The notes below the pieces were generated by a model. The model made no database searches. It was not told the origin of the DNA and saw nothing but the letters and a program-made list of their open reading frames with translations. A program made the translations under genes and the position numbers. From Lama glama (lineage: Eukaryota), in NCBI GenBank assembly GCA_028534125.1, contig CM052816.1, forward strand, positions 19,966,001-20,030,000: a stretch of 64,000 nucleotides of DNA, in the 5' to 3' direction. Each line of letters opens with the position of its first letter. The first letter of the stretch is position 1. Positions 44,260 through 64,000 of the stretch are shown in pieces.

Positions 44260-45290
44260 GTCTTTAATTCGGCTAGGACAGCCCCCGCCTGACGGATCCT
44301 TGCAGGCCGTGGAGTACCCCAACCAGTCCTCGGTTCTCGCTTAGAGGAGTGCGAGCTGCGCTTTCGAGGGTGGGGGTGAGAGTCCAGAGCTGCTGCGCCC
44401 CGCCCCGCCCCCGCCCGGCCGCTCTTCGCCCGGCCCGCCCAGCCTGCAGTCAGGCGATCTCGGCGGCCAGCCCCGGCGGCTCTGTGACGCCACGGGGTCC
44501 TCGGCGCCTGCGCCCGCGCCTATAAAGCTAGACGCCGCGCGGCGCCGCTGAAGTGGCCTTGTTCTCCGCCTTTCTCTTTTTCTGTTTCCTGACGCCACCC
44601 TCCTCTCGTCAGCCTCCGGCCTGCCGTCACTTTGAGACCTAACACCGTGAGTAGCCCCTTACCGAGCTGGGAGGGGCGGTGGCGCCGCAGATTGGAGCTC
44701 TTGACCGCACCGCTGCGACTTTGGCCCTGCTCGAGGCCAGAGGCACTTGGGCCCCGCCGTCCGTCAGGCCCGGTGGAACCCGTTGTCGACCCCATTCTCC
44801 GGGAGGTGCGGGCGGGCGGGCCCCTTTTTCCCACCCCGCCCCTCGACTCGGCAAGGCCTCCTCTAGCCGCGCGTCTTCACGGCGCCCCGTGGGCACCCGG
44901 TCAGGCGGGCGGGAGAAGGTGCGAGCGAGCTGATCCCGGGATTGGGCCTTCTCTGCACTGGGCGACAGTCAGCCGTCGCGGAGCTCGTCTGAAGGCCCAC
45001 GCTGCGGCTGGGGGCCTCCCTTGGCGTCAAGCCTGCCCGCCCCGGGAACCCGCGACGTGGATGGTGGTGGGGCTTTTAATAGAGTTCCCTGGGGCGGCGT
45101 GAGCGTGGGCATGTGTCCATGTTTGTTGTTTTGGTGTCCGGAAGGAGCGTGGCAGTGATAATCCGGGAGCGCTGGACTCTTGGCGTCCATCCTTTGTCGC
45201 CCTTGTATCTGGCGTCACTAGTCCCCATGCCTGCTTAACTGTGCTGGGGCCAAATCTTGCAGAGAGCCGTCTGCTTCTTCGGAATATTTG
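44260..45290. promoter_or_regulatory. SKP1: CpG-island promoter of SKP1 with BREu-TATA core
   Basis: CCGCGCC (BREu, 44514-44520) directly abuts TATAAA (44521-44526); tandem GC boxes at 44398-44416; CRE-like TGACGCCA at 44485 and 44590. Confidence 0.9.
44550..44646 (+). other. SKP1: SKP1 non-coding exon 1 (start approximate)
   Basis: Begins ~30 nt after TATAAA (44521) and ends at donor AACACC|GTGAGT; the spliced junction gives the Kozak context aacaccATG. Confidence 0.85.
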
Positions 45291-45300
45291 TTTCCTTTCC

Positions 45301-45325
45301 TTTTTTTTTTTTTTTTTTTTTTTTT
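45301..45325. repeat. Poly-T tract (25 nt) at the edge of the SKP1 CpG island
   Basis: Seen directly. Confidence 0.9.
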
Positions 45326-46625
45326 GCCGTAGCCTGCGATTGCTGAAACAACTGTTGTAATAGCAGATGCCATCGCCATAGTGGTGTGAGTTTCGGGGAC
45401 ACTAAAACTTAACTCGAGGTGCCTGGTTTTGAAGGGGTAGGACGTTCACCTGTTTTGGTTCACTTTTTAATGGAGACTTAAGACTTGGGTTTTGGGTTAT
45501 TAATTTTTTCATCAGAGCGTCACAGTAGAATGTTTCTGTGTAATGGAGCAGTGTAGACTTAACTCTGCCCTCTAAAAAGAGGTGTCAATTTCTGGTTACT
45601 TTAAACAGGTTTTTTAAATTATGATGATAGAACCCACCTCATGCCAGCCGTGGAGGGTGATTTAATTTCCAAGTACAGGAGTTTAAGGAATTGAAGGAAT
45701 GGTCTTGAAAGCATGTCAAATCAAAATACCATCCATTAATATCTGAAAACTTTGCACTGAATCCCATCTATTTAACACTAAAAAAAATTAGAATATCAAG
45801 TTTAGCACTACAAAGTGCATCGAATTACAGATTAACTGATTGCTTCCCTGCTATTTATTTAGTAAGATCTCAACCCCCATAAGAGTAACTTAATACACAA
45901 ATTTGACTATGACTAAGCAGATCTTGCTGTTTATCAACTTAGTTGAAATACGAAATGTTTGTCTTGCTTGAAAGTAATTTTATCACCTGCATTGCCAGAC
46001 TTGTGATTCTGTAATGTTTATTCCAGTACTGTGGACCATAAAAAGAACATAGAATGTTTTATGGTTAATAATTGGGCTCACATTAAAATACTTCTTTGGG
46101 AGTATACCTTATGTTATAGCCTTGTCACAGGGAAGGTCCTCTGCTCTTTGTCCTGCATTATTGGCAAGCACTGAGCAACATGGAGAAGTAGACATTGATG
46201 AATTGAAAAGTGAAATTCTCTCCAACCATGGATGAGTAAAAGCTGGATATTTCAGTGGCTGGTTTTAAAACAGTTACCTTTTTGCTTCCTTGCCCTATCA
46301 GCTTGTCTGTTTTGAAGGTTGAAGACAGTTGTCTGGGAAGAACTGAATGACTAATTTAACTGATTTAATGGGTCTTAAGTCTTGGAACCTAGAATAGGCG
46401 CAGTCAATGTTTCAAATGCCAGATTCTACACATTTAGGTTATAGTGACATCACAGGATTATGAACATCTCAGAAACATGGGTGTTTAAAATCTATACTTG
46501 AAATGTAAAGAGGTCTTGAATTTTTAGTCAGGTATTGCTGCCCTTCTCCCTTGTGCCTTTTCCCCCAAGAACCTGAAGGTGGTAAAAAAAAAAATTGCTG
46601 GCTTAAAACTTTAATTTTAAAGAGG

Positions 46626-46670
46626 TTTTTTTGTTGTTGTTGTTTTTGTTTTGTTTTGTTTTGTTTTTTT
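46626..46670. repeat. (GTT)n/(GTTTT)n microsatellite
   Basis: Seen directly. Confidence 0.85.
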
Positions 46671-47396
46671 CCAGAATTCCAGTCCTTTGAAGTTAATTGC
46701 TTAATTAACTTTTATGTAAGCGATGTCTTTTTCCTAATGACTCATAATTAATCTGAGTTAATAAATACATTTTTGGAGTAAGTAATAGGTTTTTACTATT
46801 AAGTTTTGGGCAGGACTTGGACACCTGGACAGTCAGTAATGAAAGATAAAAAGGACTGAAATTTGTTACTTGGTTTAGGGAGTTAGATCAACATCTGCTT
46901 ATCCTTAAGTATTTTATTCTCTTGTATATGATTTTGCATTGATCCAAACATAAATATATCTTGATCTTCTCTTTGGATCTGAGTTCATTTTTCATTGGGA
47001 AGTCTCATTATGGGAAAATTACTGTCTTATTTAGTAGCTTTGTTTATTTTGGTCTGACCTCCCTCAGGTTTGGAGGTGAGGTTAATTGTGGCAGTTAACT
47101 ATTCAAATAGGAGTAGTCAGTATTCATGAGAGCAGAAAGGCAGGCAAAGAATAAATAAGTCTATTTTAGATAAATTTGACATCAAAAATATAAAGTATTA
47201 ACTCTAAAATTATATCAGTAATGAGTTCAGTGGGGCAGGGCTTAAAAGCTTCTGGTCTTAGGAGTTATACTTTGAAAAAAATTTTATAGAAACGCTTGTA
47301 TGGTGACCTGTGAATAATCACTTGGAATGTTTTCTAGGGTTATACACTGCAGGTCCTTTATAGTTAATAAGTTAGAGGGCTTCTAACAGCATGTAG

Positions 47397-57599
<10,203 letters not shown>

Positions 57600-57821
57600 A
57601 ATTTTGTGCCTGATGCTGTAACACTGTAAGGATTGTTCCAAATACTAGTTGCACTGCTCTGTTTATAATTGTTAATATTAGAAAAACAGTAGACAAATGC
57701 AGCAGCAAATCAATTGTTTCAGTAGAATATTGTCCTCATTGCATGTGTAGTTTGAGTACAGATTCCAAATCTATGGCTGAATTTCTTCTAGTATGATCAA
57801 AATTGTTTTTTCTTTGCTCTG

Positions 57822-58434
57822 AATAAAATTGAACTGTGGGTTCTCTATAGAAAGTGGCATTTTGGGCTTTCCCTCTTTTTGTAAAGCGATTTCTGGCTAG
57901 TTTATTGTCCAGTTAACTTTAGTGACTTTTAAAAGTTGGCATTGTAAATAAAACAACTTGCAAAAAGTTTTCTGAAATAGAATTAACAACTTATTACCAT
58001 TATTCATATGTTGGAAACTGGAAAAATGCTACTTGAGGTAAATGTTCTGAGTGGGGTTATTAGGATGTCTTCCAGCTTCCTGGAGTCAAGAAGTACCACT
58101 AATACTGATTAGCCTGTATGTAGCAAGGCTTCCTTAATTGGATCTGAGGACTCGTTTTTGCATTTTTAATCCTCTCAGCTTTGAATATGTTGGCTAGAGA
58201 CTCAGTTACTACTCAGTTTGTGATTTAGGGGAAATATAACTAGACAGTTTGTTAGCGTTTCAATTAAGAAAGACACTTAACCTATGTGGTGTGTCATCTT
58301 TTTATAATCAGTGATCCTACGTGGGGAAAACTGTTCACACTACTTGCATGTAAAAAGTAATTTAACTTTTAACATTAAAATGTGTGGCAAAATGCAGAAA
58401 GCATCCGTCATGAATGCAAGATACTTTCAATAAA
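57822..58434 (+). terminator. SKP1: SKP1 tandem polyadenylation signals (AATAAA at 57822, 57947, 58429; ATTAAA at 58374)
   Basis: Hexamers in the 3' UTR; the 58429 site is followed by a GT/T-rich downstream element (tggtttgtttttgtgt). Confidence 0.75.
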
Positions 58435-59009
58435 AAGTAAGTTACATAGTAGGTAGTAAATGGTTTGTTTTTGTGTACTTAACTGTGTCTCTTTACTTAA
58501 AAGAGTTAAATTTATATATGGTTGGTTAGCTGGAAAAGTCTTGCAGGCAATTCACAGCCTAGCTCACTAGAGGCTGCTGACTTAATAATAAGGTTCTGAG
58601 AGACTCTGTCTCTTCTAATTGTCATTGATAATGGTTCGCTGGAACCACTGTTTCATTTCATAACTGGTGTACTCAGGCACACCAAACTGCACTGCTGTGG
58701 TTTCTGTCTCGCCCCTACAGTAGAATGAAGTTTTCTTGATGGCTTGAGATAGCTCACGAAATGTTAATTTTTTTTTTTTCTTTCCTCCTTGGGCTCCTCT
58801 TTTTCTTCCTTTCCCAGTTAGAATCACCTGTATTCACATGTAGTCTTAATGTGCTATCTTCATGTTTATTGTGCGTTGTTCTTGCTTAGATTATTACTTG
58901 ACAGTTAGTTTGCTTTCATTTCACCCATTGTCCCAAATCTACCTTTTTAATAAAATCCCATATGCTGTCTCACATGAATCACCATTTGTTTGAACCAGAG
59001 AAAGCATAC

Positions 59010-59187
59010 TATACCCTGTGTATGGGTAAAATCCAGCCCACAACCTGTTTTTGCAGTCTGTGAGTTAAAAATGGTTTTTACATTTTTAAAGGATTGTTAA
59101 AAAAATATACACACAGAGACTGATTACACCAAAAAGCCTAAAGTATTTACTCTCTGGCCCTTTACAGAAAAGGATTTCCAACCCCTT
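59010..59187. mobile_element. MER58-like hAT MITE
   Basis: aaatccagcccacaacctgttttt...aaagcctaaagtatttactctctggccctttacagaaaa...aacccc. Confidence 0.8.
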
Positions 59188-61224
59188 AGGCTACTTTTGG
59201 GTCCCTGATTCCCTTTACTCAAGAAGTAAGCTTGCTTTTCCACTTGTCCTGGTTTTAGTGGGGAAGGTAGCAGAGTTCAGTTCTAGCTAGGGTCTCTCAT
59301 TTCTGCTATTTCTTGCTATACTAGTCAACTCTTGGAAAGAGCTTAACTACCCTAACTAAGTGTATCCCTAGCAATATAACAAACAAATCTTTACTGAAAG
59401 TCCAGGATTACTAGCATGTGCTCTATTTAATTTAAAATGAAAGTATCAGCTTCAGGGAAGCAGGAGCCTATTACTGTTAACTCTCAATCCTATGACACCC
59501 AAGAATTGTTAGAATTATAGGACTAACTAACATATTTAAAGGATACTGGAGTCTTTCTGAATATGTAGTATTGAATGGACAGACAATATAGTAGTTTAAA
59601 TTTTGTTCCTTTCCTGACTTTCTGTAGACTTTGGCCCTAGACTTTACCTTTTTTTTTTTTTTTAATTTTTTACAAGTTTTTATCCCTAGTAGCCAAACCT
59701 GTCTTTAGAGATACACTCACTCCTGTCTAGCCTCTTACTTCCCAGTTATTCTAAGCTCATACTGTAGCATGAAGCCATATTGTGAGGCTGGAATCCTGCC
59801 TCTGCCTCTTAGTGCTTATCTAGTCTTGGGTAAGTTGGAAGTAGTAGCCATCTGTCATGTGGTGCTGTTGGTGATGAAGACTCCTCTGTGACAGTCCTTT
59901 GGCTTCTCAGCTTTTCATTGATTTTCTGGGTCACTTGATATCAAAAGTAAACCAAACCCTTTCCGAATGTTACCTTGTTACTTTCTCCTTCATGTTGTCA
60001 TGGTCTAAGGATATGTCCCCTCAGACAAATTCTAATAATTCTTACATTGTAGAAGCAAGTTACCTCTTTTGAAGTGCTGTTACATTTTATTAGCTCCCCT
60101 TCATAAATCTGCCTTTAAAATACGAAGTAGGTATTGCATTTTCCCAAAGATTTTCAGAGGCATTCCTTTAAGTTACGGATCCCTTAGTGGCATTATAGCT
60201 GTGATTTGTTTATTCTACAACTGCTTGAACACACCTGCTGGAATTAATTGAGCAAGATCTGTATGTAACTAGGACTGCAGCCCTGTAACATAATGTCATG
60301 GTAATGCTAGCAATAGAAGGAGAGTAGCAGTGAGTCATGATGGATACATGAATCAGGGCAGGCAGATACTCCAAATCACATGATCTTTCAGTTTACTTAA
60401 AAATTGGCCAATCCTGTAATCTGTTTTCTGATCCAAGATAAATTAAGAAATTAGACAGGTTGCCTAGGCTCTTAATAGGGCAGTTTGAACAGGGAAAGGA
60501 AGTGGCTTCCACAAGGTGAGAGAGAAAACTGAGAAAGCAGCAGACCTCTTAATCTGAACGCCCTTTACCTTATACATGTTCCGTCAGAATCTCAGCTTTC
60601 AAGACTTACTTAACTTTTGCTTATCACCAGTTCCATTTGAAGACCTTTGTGATTTTTCTTTTTCTAAAGCTCAGTGTACATCTTAACCAAGTGGGAAGGT
60701 ATTGTTCTCCCTACAAGTTGTTTGTGCTTTAAAAAGATGATAATCTTCAACTACCTGGATTTGTATGAAAACTAGAAGAGAATAAGGGAGAAGATTGGAA
60801 GTAAAGGGTAAGCACATGAAATGGTTGAATCCCTAAAGTATAGCTCCTGGCTTCTTTGTGGGAAGTATAAGATATAGTTGCCCTCTTATGAGCTTTTGGC
60901 ATAACTAAGGAGGCAAAGCATAAATAAATGAATAACTTCAATAAATGTTCTGGGACAGAACAAGATAAATGAGCAAATGAGGGCTACAAGGCTGAGAAAC
61001 TAACTTGATTTCAAAAGTCAAGTTGGATTTGGTTGGGGTAGAGGGATGCCAGGGTAAACGAGAAAGCAGTGTTCAGGCTGGAACTAGCAGCAGAGGTTGG
61101 GTGTCGTCTGTCTAGAGGATGTAGTCTGTCAAGAGAATTTAGGGCTTGATTGGTGAAAGAATTTTGGTAACGCTCTAGGAAGAGTATTCATTAGACTCAT
61201 GTCAGGCAGTACAGTTCTTGAATC

Positions 61225-61336
61225 GTTTGTGTTGTTGTTGTTGTTGTTGTTATTATTATTAAAACGGAGGTATCGGGGATTGAACCCAGGACCTCGTGCA
61301 TGCTAAGCACACTACTACTGAGCTATACCCTCCCCC
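61225..61336 (-). mobile_element. tRNA-Ala-derived SINE (Vic-1-like) with tail decayed to (GTT)n(ATT)n
   Basis: ggggattgaacccaggacctcgtgcatgctaagc...gagctataccctcccc; TSD cttgaatc at 61217 and 61337. Confidence 0.9.
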
Positions 61337-62166
61337 CTTGAATCTTTGAACTAAAACATTTTTTTAATAGTACTGGACAAAAGTATTCTGAATATTGGGG
61401 GTTTTACACTTAGAATCTTGATGCCTTTTTCTTATTTACTGTTGGTAAAAATCACTACCTCCAAAGAGGCAGGGAGAGTAAGAATTGGATGTGTATATTA
61501 AGATGAAGAATGATGTTAAGACGTTTAGAACATGTCCCTTGGCCAAGGATTGAGCCATTTGGATACCTAAGCAAGGTAGACTGAATGCAATCCTTCCTAT
61601 TGAGCTGTCAGTGGATCTGAGCATCGTTGGTGGCATAAAGGTGTTGGTGAAAGGACTTTGTTTGAAGGGTTTCCAGTGTGGGACTTACGTTTGAGCGATA
61701 ATTGAGCGATAATTGTTAATTCATGGATAAAATACTTGCTGCCTTGCAGTATTTTGCACTGTTAGCTAATCTGGCGTGTGTGCCAATACTGAGAGTGAGA
61801 GGCATTTTGTGGGAGGGATATAGTTGCTCACAACAATATCTGCTTCTGTCTCTAGTTCTCATGACCTTCTGAGACTGCTCAACTTGAAATTTTCAGGAAG
61901 TATTTACTGAGCATTTTAACCTGCTTTGTGCCAGTGTCTTCTTTCACTCTAAGGACCAGCCTATTCCATAAATGTGCTCTCACCTTCAGTACTTCCCGTC
62001 TGTTTATGGTGCAAATTAATATTTGTCCTTTGTGTGCCAGTGTGCCATTTCACGACCTCTAACTTACCTTCAAATGCTTTGCAGATATTTTTGCCCCAGG
62101 GGGCTTACAGGAGGGGTAGGAATACAAGAAAACTCAGAAAACTATATTCAAGAGTTTCCAGAGTGG

Positions 62167-62167
<1 letters not shown>

Positions 62168-62210
<43 letters not shown>
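62168..62210. repeat. Compound (TG)n(AG)n microsatellite
   Basis: Seen directly. Confidence 0.95.
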
Positions 62211-63869
62211 CTAGAACCTAATTCCTGCTCCTCCGTAGTACCCCCCACCCCACTGCCCCTACCCATGACTGCACATGCCTGCAGGAACAAGACTTCAGAT
62301 AAAGGAATGTGAGAACACCTGAAAAGGGAAGACCTGGTCCAGAGACCCTGGTGAACTTAAATGTGAACCTAAACTAGTAAGTATCTCCCTTATAATGCAT
62401 AGCTGCTGAAATAACCCTTACCTTGTGTTGCTAGTGACCTAACTCATGAAGACTGCTAGGGACTGGGTAGTCCATACCCCTAGGACAGAATTTGCCCTTT
62501 CCAGTTAACTCTTTGTCTAATCCCATACTGTTCTTAACAACTTCAAAATCTTTCCTGACCTAAGCTGGACTTTTATTTTAGGGACCTGACTATGAGAACA
62601 TTCCCATCTGTTTTTCTCTGTTTTAAAACTCTCTGCTGTTGGAGTACATTTAGCTATGGCTCCTCTCAAACCCCCACTGCCCATTGTGGACAGGTAGATC
62701 AGTAGAGAATTCAGGAGCCTGAGTTTAAAAAAGAGGCCCATGGTGATTTAAGATCTGAAACAGAAGGTGACTAGAATAGTTGGGACTGGTCAAGTTGACA
62801 CAAGCTAGGAACCAAGTTCTGCTTGGGTGGCCAACTCTGTTTCAAGGACCCTTGGTGAACTCTTAAAATTCTAGAGACTTGAGAAACAGTCATCCTAAAG
62901 CAGCCTTTCTAACCTCACAAAAGCCATTTCAGCTTCTTTAGTATAATGAATTAGTTTCAGTCTCCAATCCTATACTTTGAGATATAGGCCTGGTCAGTCT
63001 GTTACCCTTGCCCCTTCTGTGCCTTGTTGTGTTTCTAGAAGTGCATGCGGGAGCTGATTCCCTTTCTTTGGAACAATGTAAAGAACCATTCTGCTTCGCT
63101 GCACATGTGGCCTTCCTAGCCAGGCTTTTATTGTACACTGAATAGAGCTGGGCCTTTCAAAATGTAGTTACAGTTAGAAGAGAGTCTAGCCACAGGGCCT
63201 CCTGTAAAAGGAGGAAACACTCTCCAATTGGGAGACTTGAGAAGGCCCTGCTAGCTTGTTGGGCTGAGCCCTTACCATGTCCCCTGAGCCCAGGATGGGC
63301 AGAAGTAGCAGCTGCAGCAGGAGAGGGGTCAAGTTCTATACTTCAAGCAAGTCTGCCAGTTGTACAGGAATGTGTAAGGGAGGCTGGGGTAACTTGTGTT
63401 ACGATATCTCAGAAGACAGAGCTGGTTCTTCCCTGGGTGGGACTGCTGTGGTATTAGAAGTTGAATTTGGGGCTACACTCTCAGATCACCCCGTGATCCT
63501 ACAGGAATGTGCTGGTCTGATCTAGGAAGATTTGAGTTTCCTCTTTGAAGTCAGTTTAAAAGAAAAAAAAATTTTTTAAGGCTGGTTTGAGTTTAACAAG
63601 TGGCCAAAGCCCCTCTCTTTACCCTCACATAAACAAAGAATACATTGTTCATGTACCCAGTATGCTCTAAATAAGACACCAGATCAGATGCAGCAACTCA
63701 GTCTTGCATAAGCCTTGGTTAAAATGTAGTTTTTTGAAACAACTAGGCCAGTAGCCAGAGCGGAATTCTTTAAATGGGACAGATGCCGAGAGAATGGCTG
63801 GTCTCCTTTAGCACCCTTCCAGAAAAAAAGCAAGTCTGGGATTACCGCTTCCAGTGGCCTACTTTTAAA

Positions 63870-64000
63870 TAGACACTTCTCTGGAAGATGACTTTATTTA
63901 TAAATATTTTAAAACATAAAATCCAAAAAATATAACTCAATGAAGTAAAAATTACAATGCATGATGGTGGCCCAGTGGTTGGCTGTTGGGATACACTTCT
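63870..64000 (-). other. Probable 3' end / poly(A) region of a convergent gene (TCF7 expected by synteny)
   Basis: Minus strand reads ...cattgtaatttttacttcattgagttatattttttggatttatgttttaaaatatttataAATAAAgtcatc: U-rich upstream sequence, UGUA, and AATAAA at 63898-63893. TCF7 lies tail-to-tail with SKP1 in mammals; no coding sequence is in the window. Confidence 0.45.

Noticed and set aside
44341..45218. Multiple ORFs up to 156 aa in the SKP1 CpG island
   Set aside because: Same GC-content artefact; the true SKP1 start is at 47469
61699..61715. Resemblance of aattgagcgataattg to the lac operator
   Set aside because: Only a partial match with no other vector sequence; explained by a local tandem duplication

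Overview
Mammalian genomic DNA, probably from a camelid (five or more copies of a tRNA-Ala-derived SINE resembling the camelid Vic-1 family). The window carries two complete + strand housekeeping genes in tandem, each with a CpG-island promoter. PPP2CA (PP2A catalytic subunit alpha) has 7 coding exons at 10327-29079 and encodes 309 aa. SKP1 has a non-coding exon 1 ending at 44646 and 5 coding exons at 47469-57599, encoding 163 aa. All introns are GT-AG and both reading frames are intact. Between the genes is a minus-strand NDUFB4 processed pseudogene with a 16-bp target-site duplication, a lost start codon and one frameshift. The last ~130 nt look like the poly(A) end of a convergent gene (TCF7 by synteny). 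The rest is intronic or intergenic DNA with L1, L2, MIR, MLT1, MER2/MER5/MER58/MER94-like elements and microsatellites; repeat family names were assigned by eye and their boundaries are approximate. I see no evidence of a wholly novel system. The best leads are splicing and regulatory: in-frame PPP2CA-to-SKP1 read-through potential, a candidate poison/cassette exon in PPP2CA intron 1, alternative SKP1 C-termini, a TSD-supplied ATG on the pseudogene, a TGACGCCA cluster at the SKP1 promoter, and several ultra-short retrotransposition scars.
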